Assembly (NCBI RefSeq): GCF_036365525.1
Contig: NC_090378.1
Span: forward strand, 118,343,593 to 118,407,592
From: Heterodontus francisci
Lineage: Eukaryota
Length of the DNA: 64,000 nucleotides
Reading direction: 5' to 3'
The notes beneath the pieces were generated by a model. The model was not told the DNA's origin. It did not search any database and saw only the letters and a list, made by a program, of their open reading frames with translations. Positions 48,184-64,000 of the stretch are shown piece by piece. The translations under genes and the position numbers were made by a program. Numbering within the stretch: position 1 is the first letter of the stretch; every line of letters begins with the position of its first letter.

Positions 48184-51100
48184 CCAGTCTGCGTTTTCAG
48201 GTATATCACACTTCACAATCCAGTCCGTGTACTCAGGTAATCACAATTCACAATCCAGTCTGTGTACTCAGTTACATCACACTTCACAATCCGGTCTGTG
48301 TACTCAGGTACATCACACTTCACAATCCAGTCTCTGTACTCAGGTACATCACACTTCACAATCCGGTCTGTGTACTCAGAAACATCACACTTCACAATCC
48401 AGTCTGTGCACTCAGGTACCTCACACTTCACAATCCAGTCTGTGTACTCAGGTACATCACACTTCACATTCCAGTCTGTGTATTCAGGTACATCAAACTT
48501 CACAATCCGGTCTGTGTACTCAGGTACATCACACTTCACAATCCAGTCCGTGTACTCAGGTACATCACACTTCACAATCCAGTCTGTGTACTCAGATATA
48601 TCACACTTCACAATCCAGTCCGTGTACTCAGGTACATCACACTTCACAATCCAGTCCGTGTACTCAGGTACATCACACTTCACAATCCAGTCTGTGTACT
48701 CAGGTACATCACAATTCAGAATCTAGACTGTGTACTCAGGGACATCACACTTCACAATCCGGTCTGTGTACTCAGGTACATCAGAATTCAGAATCTAGTC
48801 TGTGTACTCAGGGACAACACACTTCACAATCCAGTCTGTGTCCTCAGGTACATCACACTTCAAAATCTGGTGTGTGTCCTCAGGTACATCACACTTCACA
48901 ATCCAGTCTGTGTACTCCGATACATCACACTTCACAATGCAGTCTGTGTACTCAGATACATCACACTCACAAACTGGTCTGTGTACTCAGGTACATCATA
49001 CTTCACAATCTGGTCTGTGTACTCAGATACATCACACTTCACAATCTGGTCTGTGTACTCAGGTACATCACACTTCACAATCCAGTCTGTGTACTCAGGG
49101 ACATCACACTTCACAATGCAGTCAGTGTACTCAGATACACCACACTTCACAATCCAGTCTGTGTACTCAGATACATCACACTTCACAATCTGGTCTGTGT
49201 ACTCAGGTACATCACACTTCACAATCCAGTCTGTGTACTCAGGTACGTCACACTTCACAATCCAGTCTGTGTACTCAGATACATCACACTTCACAATCCA
49301 GTCTGTGTATTCAGGTACATCAAACTTCACAATCCGGTCTGTGTACTCAGGTACATCACACTTCACAATCCAGTCCGTGTACTCAGGTACATCACACTTC
49401 ACAATCCAGTCTGTGTACTCAGATATATCACACTTCACAATCCAGTCCGTGTACTCAGGTACATCACACTTCACAATCCAGTCCGTGTACTCAGGTACAT
49501 CACACTTCACAATCCAGTCTGTGTACTCAGGTACATCACAATTCAGAATCTAGACTGTGTACTCAGGGACATCACACTTCACAATCCGGTCTGTGTACTC
49601 AGGTACATCAGAATTCAGAATCTAGTCTGTGTACTCAGGGACAACACACTTCACAATCCAGTCTGTGTCCTCAGGTACATCACACTTCAAAATCTGGTGT
49701 GTGTCCTCAGGTACATCACACTTCACAATCCAGTCTGTGTACTCCGATACATCACACTTCACAATGCAGTCTGTGTACTCAGATACATCACACTCACAAA
49801 CTGGTCTGTGTACTCAGGTACATCATACTTCACAATCTGGTCTGTGTACTCAGATACATCACACTTCACAATCTGGTCTGTGTACTCAGGTACATCACAC
49901 TTCACAATCCAGTCTGTGTACTCAGGGACATCACACTTCACAATGCAGTCAGTGTACTCAGATACACCACACTTCACAATCCAGTCTGTGTACTCAGATA
50001 CATCACACTTCACAATCTGGTCTGTGTACTCAGGTACATCACACTTCACAATCCAGTCTGTGTACTCAGGTACGTCACACTTCACAATCCAGTCTGTGTA
50101 CTCAGATACATCACACTTCACAATCCAGTCTGTGTACTCAGGTACATCACACTTCACAATCCAGTCTGTGTACTCAGGTACATCACACTTCACAATCCAG
50201 TCTGTGTACTCAGGTACATCACACTTCAAAATCCAGTCGGTGCACTCAGGTACATCACACTTCACAATCCAGTCTGAGCACTCAGGAAAATCACACTTCA
50301 CAATCCAGTCTGTGTACTCAAGTACATCACACTTCACAATACAGTCCGTGTACTCAGAAACATCACACTTCATAATCCAGTCAGTGTACTCAGGTACATC
50401 ACACTTCACAATCAGGTCTGTGTACTCAGGGACATCACACTTCACAATCTAGTCTGTGTACACAAGTACATCACACTTCACAATCCAGTATGTGTACTCA
50501 GGTACATCACACTTCATAATCCGGTCTGTATGCTCAGGTACATCACACTTCACAATAAAGCCTGTGTACTCATGTACATCACACTTAACAATCCAGTCTG
50601 TGTACACAGGTACATCACACTTTGCAATCCGGTCTGTGTACTCAGGTACATCACACTTCACAATCCAGTCTGTGTACTAAGGAAAAACAAACTTCACAAT
50701 CCAGTCTGTGTACTCAGGTACATCACACTTCACAATCCAGTCTGTGTACTCAGGTACATCACACTTCACAATCCAGTCTGTGTACTCAGGTACATCACAC
50801 TTCAAAATCCAGTCGGTGCACTCAGGTACATCACACTTCACAATCCAGTCTGAGCACTCAGGAAAATCACACTTCACAATCCAGTCTGTGTACTCAAGTA
50901 CATCACACTTCACAATCCAGTCCGTGTACACAGAAACATCACACTTCATAATCCAGTCAGTGTACTCAGGTACATCACACTTCACAATCAGGTCTGTGTA
51001 CTCAGGGACATCACACTTCACAATCTAGTCTGTGTACACAGGTACATCACACTTCACAATCCAGTATGTGTACTCAGGTACATCACACTTCATTATCCGG

Positions 51101-54100
51101 TCTGTATGCTCAGGTACATCACACTTCACAATAAAGCCTGTGTACTCAGGTACATCACACTTCACAATCCAGTCTGTGTACACAGGTACATCACACTTTG
51201 CAATCCGGTCTGTGTACTCAGGTACATCACACTTCACAATCCAGTCTGTGTACTCAGGAAAAACAAACTTCACAATCCAGTCTGTGTACTCAGGTACATC
51301 ACACTTCACAATCCAGTCTGTGTACTCAGGTACATCACACTTCAAAATCCAGTCTGTGCACTCAGGTACATCACACTTCACAATCCAGTGTGTACTCAGG
51401 TATATCACACTTCACTATCCAGTCTGCGTAATCAGGTACATCACACTTCACAATCAAGTCTGTGCACTCAGGTACATCACACTTCACAATCCAGTCTGTG
51501 TACTCAGATACATCACTCTTCACAATCCAGTCTGTGTACTCAGATACATCACACTGCACAATCTGGTCTGTGTACTCAGGTACATCACACTTCACAATCT
51601 GGTCAGTGCACTCAGGTACATCACACTTCACAATCCAGTCTGTGTACTCAGGTACATCACACTTCACAATCCAGTCTGTGTACTCAGGTACATCACACTT
51701 CAAAATCCAGTCGGTGCACTCAGGTACATCACACTTCACAATCCAGTCTGAGCACTCAGGAAAATCACACTTCACAATCCAGTCTGTGTACTCAAGTACA
51801 TCACACTTCACAATACAGTCCGTGTACTCAGAAACATCACACTTCATAATCCAGTCAGTGTACTCAGGTACATCACACTTCACAATCAGGTCTGTGTACT
51901 CAGGGACATCACACTTCACAATCTAGTCTGTGTACACAGGTACATCACACTTCACAATCCAGTATGTGTACTCAGGTACATCACACTTCATAATCCGGTC
52001 TGTATGCTCAGGTACATCACACTTCACAATAAAGCCTGTGTACTCAGGTACATCACACTTAACAATCCAGTCTGTGTACACAGGTACATCACACTTTGCA
52101 ATCCGGTCTGTGTACTCAGGTACATCACACTTCACAATCCAGTCTGTGTACTCAGGAAAAACAAACTTCACAATCAAGTCTGTGTACTCAGGTACATCAC
52201 ACTTCACAATCCAATCTGTGTACTCAGGTACATCACACTTCACAATCCAGTCTGTGTACTCAGGTACATCACACTTCAAAATCCAGTCGGTGCACTCAGG
52301 TACATCACACTTCACAATCCAGTCTGAGCACTCAGGAAAATCACACTTCACAATCCAGTCTGTGTACTCAAGTACATCACACTTCACAATCCAGTCCGTG
52401 TACTCAGAAACATCACACTTCATAATCCAGTCAGTGTACTCAGGTACATCACACTTCACAATCAGGTCTGTGTACTCAGGGACATCACACTTCACAATCT
52501 AGTCTGTGTACACAGGTACATCACACTTCACAATCCAGTATGTGTACTCAGGTACATCACACTTCATTATCCGGTCTGTATGCTCAGGTACATCACACTT
52601 CACAATAAAGCCTGTGTACTCAGGTACATCACACTTCACAATCCAGTCTGTGTACACAGGTACATCACACTTTGCAATCCGGTCTGTGTACTCAGGTACA
52701 TCACACTTCACAATCCAGTCTGTGTACTCAGGAAAAACAAACTTCACAATCCAGTCTGTGTACTCAGGTACATCACACTTCACAATCCAGTCTGTGTACT
52801 CAGGTACATCACACTTCAAAATCCAGTCTGTGCACTCAGGTACATCACACTTCACTATCCAGTCTGCGTAATCAGGTACATCACACTTCACAATCAAGTC
52901 TGTGCACTCAGGTACATCACACTTCACAATCCAGTCTGTGTACTCAGGTACATCACACTTCACAATCCTGTCTGTGTACACAGGTACATCACACTTTGCA
53001 ATCCAGTCCGTGTACACAGGTACATCACACTTCACAATCCAGTCTGTGTACTCAGGTACATCACACTTCACAATCCAGTCTGTGCACTCAGGTACATCAC
53101 ACTTCACAATCCAGTCTGTGTACTCCGATACATCACACTTCATAATGCAGTCTGTGTACTCAGGTACAACACACTTCGCAATCCAGTCTGTGTACTCCGA
53201 TACATCACACTTCATAATGCAGTCTGTGTACTCAGATACATCACACTTCACAATCTGGTCTGTGTACTCAGGTACATCACACTTCACAATCAAGTCTGTG
53301 CACTCAGGTACATCACACTTCACAATCCAGTCTGTGTACTCCGATACATCACACTTCACAATCCAGTCTGTGTACTCAGGTACATCACACTTCACAATCT
53401 GGTCAGTGCACTCAGGTACATCACACTTCACAATCCAGTCTGTGTACTCCGATACATCACACTTCATAATGCAGTCTGTGTACTCAGATACATCACACTT
53501 CACAATCTGGTCTGTGTACTCAGGTACATCACACTTCACAATCTGGTCTGTGTACTCAGATTCATCACACTTCACAATCTGGTCTGTGTACTCAGGTACA
53601 TCACACTTCACAATCCAGTCTGTGTACTCAGATACATCACACTTCAGAATCCAGTCTGTGTATTCAGGTACATCACACTTCACAATCCAGTCTGTGTACT
53701 CAGGTACATCGCACTGATCAATCCAGTCTGTGTACTCCGGTCAATCACACTTCACAATCTGGTCAGTGCACTCAGGTACATCACACTTCACAATCCAGTC
53801 TGTGTACTCCGATAAATCACACGTCATAATGCAGTCTGTGTACTCAGATACATCACACTTCACAATCCAGTCTGTGTTCTCAGATACATCACACTTCACA
53901 ATCTGGTCTGTGTATTCAGGTACATCACACTTCACAATCTGGTCTGTGTACTCAGATTCATCACACTTCACAATCTGGACTGTGTACTCAGGTACATTAC
54001 ACTTCACAATCCAGTCTGTGTACTCAGGTACATCACACTTCACAATGCAGTCTGTGTACTCAGATACATCACACTTCACAATCCAGTCTGTGTACTCAGG

Positions 54101-57100
54101 TACATCACACTTCGCAATGCAGTCTGTGTACTCAGATACATCACACTTCACAATCCAGTCTGTGTACTCAGATACATCACACTTCACAATCCAGTCTGTG
54201 TACTGAGGTACATCACACTTCACAATCCAGTCTGTGTACTCAAGTACATCACACTTCACAATCCAGTCTGTGTACTCAGGTACATCACACTTCGCAATGC
54301 AGTCTGTGTACTCAGATACATCACACTTCACAATCCAGTCTGTGTACTCAGATACATCACACTTCACAATCCAGTCTGTGTACTGAGGTACATCACACTT
54401 CACAATCCAGTCTGTGTACTCAAGTACATCACACTTCACAATCCAGTCTGTGTACTCAAGTACATCACACTTCACAATCCAGTCTGTGTACTCAGGTACA
54501 TCACACTTCACAATCCAGTCTGTGTCCTCAGATTCATCACACTTCACAATCCAGTCTGTGTACTCAAGTACAGCACACTTCACAATCCAGTCTGTGTACT
54601 CTGGTGCATCACACTTCCCAATCCAGTCTGTGTACTCAGGTACATCACACTTCACAATCCGGTCTGTGTACTCAGGTACATCACACTTCACAATCCGGTC
54701 TGTGTACTCAGGTACATCACACTTCACAATCCAGTCTGTGTACTCAGGATAATCACACTTCACAATCCAGTCTGTGTCCTCAGATTCATCACACTTCACA
54801 ATCCAGTCTGTGTACTCAGATACATCACACATCACAATCTGGTCTGTGTACTCAGGTACATCACACTTCACAATCCAGTCTGTGTACTCAGGTACATCAC
54901 ACTTCAGATTCTAGTCTGTGTACTCAGGTACATCACACTTCACAATCCAGTCTGTGTACTCAGGATAATCACACTTCACAATCCAGTCTGTGTCCTCAGA
55001 TTCATCACACTTCACAATCCAGTCTGTGTACTCAGATACATCACACATCACAATCTGGTCTGTGTACTCAGGTACATCACACTTCACAATCCAGTCTGTG
55101 TACTCAGGTACATCACACTTCAGATTCTAGTCTGTGTACACAGGTAAATCACACTTCAGAATCTATTCTGTGTACTCCGATATATCACACTTCACAATCC
55201 AGTCTGTGTACTCTCGTACATCACACTTCAGAATCCGGTCTGTGTAATCAGGTGCATCACACTTCAGAGTCTAGTCTGTGTTCTCAGGTACATCACACTT
55301 CACAATCCAGTCTGTGTAATCAGTTGCATCACTCTTCAGAATCAAGTCTGTGCAATCAGGTACATCACACTTCACAATCCAGTCTGTGTACTCAGGTACA
55401 TCACACTTCACAATCCAGTCTGTGTACTTAGAAACATCACACTTCAAATTCCGGTCTGTGTACTCATTTACATCACACTTCACAATCCAGTCCGTGTATT
55501 CAGGTACATCACACTTCACAATCCAGTCTGTGTACACAGGTAAATCATACTTCAGATTCTGGTCTGTGTACTCAGGTACAACAGACTTCACAATCCAGTC
55601 TGTGTACGCAGGTACATAACACTTCAGAATCTAGTCTGTGCACTCAGGTATATCACACTTCACAATCCAGTCTGTGTACTCAGGGACATTACACTTCACA
55701 ATCGAGTCTGTGAACTCAGGTACATCACACTTCACAATCCAGTCTGTGTATTCAGCTACATAACACTTCAGAATCCAGTCTGTGTACTTCGATACATCAC
55801 ACGTCACAATCCAGTCTGTGTACTCAGGTACATCACACTTCACATTCGCTCTGTGCACTCAGATACATCACACTTCACAATCCAGTCTTTGCACTCATCT
55901 GCAGCACACTTCAGAATCCAGTCTGTGGACTCAGGTACATCACACTTCACAATCCAGTCTGTGTACTGAGGTACATCACACTTCACAATCCAGTCTGTGT
56001 ACTCAAGTACATCACACTTCCCAATCCAGTCTGTGTACTCAGGTGCATCACACTTCCCAATCCAGTCTGTGTACTCAGGAAAATCACACTTCACAATCCA
56101 GTCTGTGTCCTCAGATTCATCACACTTCACAATCCAGTCTGTGTACTCAGATACATCACACATCACAATCTGGTCTGTGTACTCAGGTACATCACACTTC
56201 ACAATCCAGTCTGTGTACTCAGGTACATCACACTTCAGATTCTAGTCTGTGTACTCAGGTACATCACACTTCACAATCCAGTCTGTGTACACAGGTAAAT
56301 CACACTTCAGAATCTAGTCTGTGTACTCCGATATATCACACTTCACAATCCAGTCAGTGTACTCTCGTACATCACACTTCAGAATCCGGTCTGTGTACTC
56401 AGGTGCATCACACTTCAGAATCTAGTCTGTGTTCTCAGGTACATCACACTTCACAATCCAGTCTGTGTAATCAGTTGCATCACTCTTCACAATCCAGTCT
56501 GTGTACTCAGGTACATCACACTTCAGTATCAAGTCTGTGCAATCAGGTACATCACACTTCACAATCCAATCCGTGTACTCAGGTACATCACACTTCACAA
56601 TCCAGTCTGTGTACTTAGAAACATCACACTTCACAATCCGGTCTGTGTACTCATTTACATCACACTTCACAATCCAGTCCGTGTATTCAGGTACATCACA
56701 CTTCACAATCCAGTCTGTGTACACAGGTAAATCATACTTCAGATTCTGGTCTGTGTACTCAGGTACAACAGACTTCACAATCCAGTCTGTGTACGCAGGT
56801 ACATAACACTTCAGAATCTAGTCTGTGTACTCAGGTATATCACACTTCACAATCCAGTCTGTGTACTCAGGGACATCACACTTCACAGTCGAGTCTGTGA
56901 ACTCAGGTACATCACACTTCACAATCCAGTCTGTGTATTCAGCTACATAACACTTCAGAATCCAGTCTGTGTACTCCGATACATCACACGTCACAATCCA
57001 GTCTGTGTACTCAGGTACATCACACTTCACATTCGCTCTGTGCACTCAGATACATCACACATCACAATCCAGTCTGTGCACTCATCTGCAGCACACTTCA

Positions 57101-60100
57101 GAATCCAGTCTGTGTACTCAGGTACATCACACTTCACAATCAAGTCTGTGTACTCAGGTACATCACACTTCACAATCCAGTCTGCGTAATCAGGTAAATC
57201 ACACTTCACAATCAAGTCTGTGCACTCAGATACATCACACTTCACAATCCAGTCTGTGTATTCAGGTACATCACACTTCACAATCCAGTCTGTGTACTCA
57301 GGTACATCACACTTATCAATCCAGTCTGTGTACTCCGGTAAATCACACTTCACAATCCGGTCAGTGCACTCAGGTACATCACACTTCACAATCCAGTCTG
57401 TTTACTCAAGTACATCACAGTTCACAATCCAGTCTGTGTACTCAGATACATCACACTTCACAATCTGGTCTGTGTACTCAGCTACATCACACTTCACAAT
57501 CCAGTCTGTGTAGACAGGTACATCACACATTACAATCCGGTCTGTGTACTCAGGAAAATCACACTTCACAATCCAGTCTGAGTACTCAGGTACATCACAC
57601 TTCACAATCCGGTCTGTGCACTCAGGTACATCACACTTCACAATCCAGTCTGTGTACTCAGGAAAATCACACTTCACAATCCAGTCTGTGTACTCAGGTA
57701 CATCAGACTTCAAAATCCAATCCGTGTACTCAAGTGCATCACAATTCACAATCTGGTCTGTGTACTCAGATTCATTACACTTCACAATCTGGTCTGTGTA
57801 CTCAGGTACAACACACTTCACAATCCAGTCTGTGTACACAGGTACATCACACATTACAATCTGGTCTGTGTACTCAGATACATCACACTTCACAATCCAG
57901 TCTGTGTCCTCAGCTACATCACACTTCACAATCCAGTCTGCGTACTCAGGTACATCACACTTCAGATTCTAGTCTGTGTACTCAGGTACATCACACTTCA
58001 CAATCCAGTCTGTGTACACAGGTAAATCACACTTCAGAATCTAGTCTGTGTACTCCGATATATCACACTTCACAATCCAGTCTGTGTACTCTCATACATC
58101 ACACTTCAGAATCCGGTCTGTGTACTCAGGTGCATCACACTTCAGAATCTAGTCTGTGTTCTCAGGTACATCACACTTCACAATCCAATCCGTGTACTCA
58201 GGTACATCACACTTCACAATCCAGTCTGTGTACTTAGAAACATCACACTTCACAATCCGGTCTGTGTATTCAGGTACATGACACTTCACAATCCAGTCTG
58301 TGTACACAGGTAAATCATACTTCAGATTCTGGTCTGTGTACTCAGGTACAACAGACTTCACAATCCAGTCTGTGTACTCTCATACATCACACTTCAGAAT
58401 CCGGTCTGTGTACTCAGGTGCATCACACTTCAGAATCTAGTCTGTGTTCTCAGGTACATCACACTTCACAATCCAGTCTGTGTAATCAGTTGCATCACAC
58501 TTCAGAATCAAGTCTGTGCAATCAGGTACATCACACTTCACAATCTGGTCTGTGTACTCAGGTACATCACACTTCACAATCCAGTCTGTGTACTCAGGTA
58601 CGTCACACTTCACAATCCAGTCTGTGTACTCAGATACATCACACTTCACAATCCAGTCTGTGTACTCAGGTACATCACACTTCACAATCCAGTCTGTGTA
58701 CTCAGGTACATCACACTTCACAATCCAGTCTGTGTACTCAGGTACATCACACTTCAAAATCCAGTCGGTGCACTCAGGTACATCACACTTCACAATCCAG
58801 TCTGAGCACTCAGGAAAATCACACTTCACAATCCAGTCTGTGTACTCAAGTACATCACACTTCACAATACAGTCCGTGTACTCAGAAACATCACACTTCA
58901 TAATCCAGTCAGTGTACTCAGGTACATCACACTTCACAATCAGGTCTGTGTACTCAGGGACATCACACTTCACAATCTAGTCTGTGTACACAGGTACATC
59001 ACACTTCACAATCCAGTATGTGTACTCAGGTACATCACACTTCATAATCCGGTCTGTATGCTCAGGTACATCACACTTCACAATCCGGTCTGTGTACTCA
59101 GGTACATCACACTTCACAATCCAGTCTGTGTACACAGGTACATCACACTTTGCAATCCGGTCTGTGTACTCAGGTACATCACACTTCACAATCCAGTCTG
59201 TGTACTCAGGAAAAACAAACTTCACAATCCAGTCTGTGTACTCAGGTACATCACACTTCACAATCCAGTCTGTGTACTCAGGTACATCACACTTCACAAT
59301 CCAGTCTGTGTACTCAGGTACAACACACTTCAAAATCCAGTCGGTGCACTCAGGTACATCACACTTCACAATCCAGTCTGAGCACTCAGGAAAATCACAC
59401 TTCACAATCCAGTCTGTGTACTCAAGTACATCACACTTCACAATCCAGTCCGTGTACTCAGAAACTTCACACTTCATAATCCAGTCAGTGTACTCAGGTA
59501 CATCACACTTCACAATCAGGTCTGTGTACTCAGGGACATCACACTTCACAATCTAGTCTGTGTACACAGGTACATCACACTTCACAATCCAGTATGTGTA
59601 CTCAGGTACATCACACTTCATAATCCGGTCTGTATGCTCAGGTACATCACACTTCACAATAAAGCCTGTGTACTCAGGTACATCACACTTCACAATCCAG
59701 TCTGTGTACACAGGTACATCACACTTTGCAATCCGGTCTGTGTACTCAGGTACGTCACACTTCACAATCCAGTCTGTGTACTCAGGAAAAACAAACTTCA
59801 CAATCCAGTCTGTGTACTCAGGTACATCACACTTCACAATCCAGTCTGTGTACTCAGGTACATCACACTTCAAAATCCAGTCTGTGCACTCAGGTACATC
59901 ACACTTCACAATCCAGTGTGTACTCAGGTATATCACACTTCACTATCCAGTCTGCGTAATCAGATACATCACACTTCACAATCAAGTCTGTGCACTCAGG
60001 TACATCACACTTCACAATCCAGTCTGTGTACTCAGATACATCACACTTCACAATCCAGTCTGTGTACTCTCGTACATCACACTTCAGAATCCGGTCTGTG

Positions 60101-63100
60101 TACTCAGGTGCATCACACTTCAGAATCTAGTCTGTGTTCTCAGGTACATCACACTTCACAATCCAATCCGTGTACTCAGGTACATCACACTTCACAATCC
60201 AGTCTGTGTACTTAGAAACATCACACTTCACAACCCGGTCTGTGTATTCAGGTACATCACACTTCACAATCCAGTCTGTGTACACAGGTAAATCATACTT
60301 CAGATTCTGGTCTGTGTACTCAGGTACAACAGACTTCACAATCCAGTCTGTGTACTCTCATACATCACACTTCAGAATCCGGTCTGTGTACTCAGGTGCA
60401 TCACACTTCAGAATCTAGTCTGTGTTCTCAGGTACATCACACTTCACAATCCAGTCTGTGTAATCAGTTGCATCACACTTCAGAATCAAGTCTGTGCAAT
60501 CAGGTACATCACACTTCACAATCTGGTCTGTGTACTCAGGTACATCACACTTCACAATCCAGTCTGTGTACTCAGGTACGTCACACTTCACAATCCAGTC
60601 TGTGTACTCAGATACATCACACTTCACAATCCAGTCTGTGTACTCAGGTACATCACACTTCACAATCCAGTCTGTGTACTCAGGTACATCACACTTCACA
60701 ATCCAGTCTGTGTACTCAGGTACATCACACTTCAAAATCCAGTCGGTGCACTCAGGTACATCACACTTCACAATCCAGTCTGAGCACTCAGGAAAATCAC
60801 ACTTCACAATCCAGTTTGTGTACTCAAGTACATCACACTTCACAATACAGTCCGTGTACTCAGAAACATCACACTTCATAATCCAGTCAGTGTACTCAGG
60901 TACATCACACTTCACAATCAGGTCTGTGTACTCAGGGACATCACACTTCACAATCTAGTCTGTGTACACAGGTACATCACACTTCACAATCCAGTATGTG
61001 TACTCAGGTACATCACACTTCATAATCCGGTCTGTATGCTCAGGTACATCACACTTCACAATCCGGTCTGTGTACTCAGGTACATCACACTTCACAATCC
61101 AGTCTGTGTACACAGGTACATCACACTTTGCAATCCGGTCTGTGTACTCAGGTACATCACACTTCACAATCCAGTCTGTGTACTCAGGAAAAACAAACTT
61201 CACAATCCAGTCTGTGTACTCAGGTACATCACACTTCACAATCCAGTCTGTGTACTCAGGTACATCACACTTCACAATCCAGTCTGTGTACTCAGGTACA
61301 ACACACTTCAAAATCCAGTCGGTGCACTCAGGTACATCACACTTCACAATCCAGTCTGAGCACTCAGGAAAATCACACTTCACAATCCAGTCTGTGTACT
61401 CAAGTACATCACACTTCACAATCCAGTCCGTGTACTCAGAAACTTCACACTTCATAATCCAGTCAGTGTACTCAGGTACATCACACTTCACAATCAGGTC
61501 TGTGTACTCAGGGACATCACACTTCACAATCTAGTCTGTGTACACAGGTACATCACACTTCACAATCCAGTATGTGTACTCAGGTACATCACACTTCATA
61601 ATCCGGTCTGTATGCTCAGGTACATCACACTTTACAATAAAGCCTGTGTACTCAGGTACATCACACTTCACAATCCAGTCTGTGTACACAGGTACATCAC
61701 ACTTTGCAATCCGGTCTGTGTACTCAGGTACATCACACTTCACAATCCAGTCTGTGTACTCAGGAAAAACAAACTTCACAATCCAGTCTGTGTACTCAGG
61801 TACATCACACTTCACAATCCAGTCTGTGTACTCAGGTACATCACACTTCAAAATCCAGTCTGTGCACTCAGGTACATCACACTTCACAATCCAGTGTGTA
61901 CTCAGGTATATCACACTTCACTATCCAGTCTGCGTAATCAGATACATCACACTTCACAATCAATTCTGTGCACTCAGGTACATCACACTTCACAATCCAG
62001 TCTGTGTACTCAGATACATCACACTTCACAATCCAGTCTGTGTACTCAGGTACATCACACTTATCAATCCAGTCTGTGTACTCCGGTAAATCACACTTCA
62101 CAATCTGGTCAGTGCACTCAGGTACATCACACTTCACAATCCAGTCTGTGTACTCCGATACATCACACTTCATAATGCAGTCTGTGTACTCAGATACATC
62201 ACACTTCACAATCCAGTCTGTGTACTCAGATACATCACACTGCACACTCTGGTCTGTGTACTGAGGTACATCACACTTCACAATCCAGTCTGTGTACTCA
62301 GGTACATCACACTTCACAATCCAGTCTGTGCACTCAGATTCATCACACTTCACAATCTGGTCTGTGTATTAATGCACATCACACTTCACAATCCAGTCTG
62401 TGTACTCTGATACATCACACTTCACAATCTGGTCTGTGTACTCAGGTACATCACACTTCACAATCCAGTCTGTGTACTCAGATTCATCACACTTCACAAT
62501 CTGGTCTGTGTACTCAGGTACATCACACTTCACAATCCAGTCTGTGTACTCAGGTACATCACACTTCGCAATGCAGTCTGTGTACTCAGATACATCACAC
62601 TTCACAATCCAGTCTGTGTACTCAGGAAAATCACACTTCACAAACCAGTCTGTGTACTCAGGTACATCTCACTTCAAATCCAATCCGTGTACTCAAGTAC
62701 ATCACACTTCACAATCCAGTCTGTGTACTCAGAAACATCACACTTCACAATCAAGTCTGTGTACTCAGGGACATCACACTTCACAATCCAGTCTGTGTAC
62801 TGAGGAACATCACACTTCATAATCCGGTCTGTGTGCTCAGGTACATCACACTTCACAATAAAGTCTGTGTACTCAGGTACATCACACTTCACAATCCAGT
62901 CTGTGTACACAGGTACATCACACTTTGCAATCCGGTCTGTGTACTCAGGTACATCACACTTCACAATCCAGTCTGTGTACTCAGGAAAATCACACTTCAC
63001 AATCCAGTCTGTGTACTCAGGTACATCACACTTCAAAATCCAGTCGGTGCACTCAGGTACATCACACTTCACAATCCAGTCTGCGTAATCAGGTACATCA

Positions 63101-64000
63101 CACTTCACAATCAAGTCTGTGCACTCAGGTACATCACACTTCACAATCCAGTCTGTGTACTCCGATACATCACACTTCACAATCCAGTCTGTGTACTCAG
63201 GTACATCACACTTCACAATCTGGTCAGTGCACTCAGGTACATCACACTTCACAATCCAGTCTGTGTACTCCATACATCACACTTCATAATGCAGTCTGTT
63301 TACTCAGATACATCACACTTCACAATCTGGTCTGTGTACTCAGGTACATCACACTTCACAATCTGGTCTGTGTACTCAGATTCATCACACTTCACAATCT
63401 GGTCTGTGTACTCAGGTACATCACACTTCACAATCCAGTCTGTGTACTCAGGTACATCACACTACACAATGCAGTCTGTGTACTCAGATACATCACACTT
63501 CAGAATCCAGTCTGTGTATTCAGGTACATCACACTTCACAATCCAGTCTGTGTACTCAGGTACATCGCACTTATCAATCCAGTCTGTGTACTCCGGTCAA
63601 TCACACTTCACAATCTGGTCAGTGCACTCAGGTACATCACACTTCACAATCCAGTCTGTGTACTCCGATAAATCACACGTCATAATGCAGTCTGTGTACT
63701 CAGATACATCACACTTCACAATCCAGTCTGTGTTCTCAGATACATCACACTTCACAATCTGGTCTGTGTATTCAGGTACATCACACTTCACAATCTGGTC
63801 TGTGTACTCAGATTCATCACACTTCACAATCTGGTCTGTGTACTCAGGTACATCACACTTCACAATCCAGTCTGTGTACTCAGGTACATCACACTTCACA
63901 ATGCAGTCTGTGTACTCAGATACATCACACTTCACAATCCAGTCTGTGTACTCAGGTACATCACACTTCGCAATGCAGTCTGTGTACTCAGATACATCAC
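48184..64000. repeat. 36-bp tandem satellite (>=15.8 kb, ~440 units, continues off the right edge)
   Basis: Unit TACATCACACTTCACAATCCAGTCTGTGTACTCAGG, with multi-unit duplications. Confidence 0.98.

Noticed and set aside
47913-63935. Long mucin-like repeat ORFs (up to 741 aa) on both strands
   Set aside because: The 36-bp unit is a multiple of 3 and open in several frames. Scattered stops and frameshifts show no preferred frame, and there are no splice or signal features.
48184-64000. 36-bp satellite as an RSS-like array
   Set aside because: CACAATC and CACAGAC occur, but the nonamer slots I checked match at most 4/9, unlike the 61-bp unit.

Overview
Repeat-dominated vertebrate DNA, almost certainly from a shark or other cartilaginous fish (HE1-like V-SINE, CR1/L2/RTE LINEs, shark-type Ig light-chain leader). 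The only clearly functional-looking gene is an unrearranged kappa-type (type III/NS4-like) Ig light-chain V gene on the minus strand. It has a leader exon (35392-35440), a V exon (34908-35205), a 12-RSS (34880-34907), a TATA box and a variant octamer. Five bases past the RSS nonamer, where the V-J interval should lie, a ~34.6-kb 61-bp satellite (~540 units) begins, and no J or C is in the window. Each monomer has the geometry of a cryptic 23-RSS (nonamer-like, exactly 23 bp, heptamer-like) in the same orientation as the V 12-RSS. Two young RTE copies, identical over their 224-bp overlap and in opposite orientation, sit in or against this satellite. Upstream of the V gene are three minisatellites, LINE/SINE fragments, a 5'-truncated CR1 with a long RT ORF, a decayed Harbinger-type Myb/SANT exon, three candidate in-phase plus-strand exons of an unidentified gene, and a second (36-bp) satellite from ~48.2 kb to the window end. 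Nearly all ORFs in the track are artefacts of the tandem repeats.
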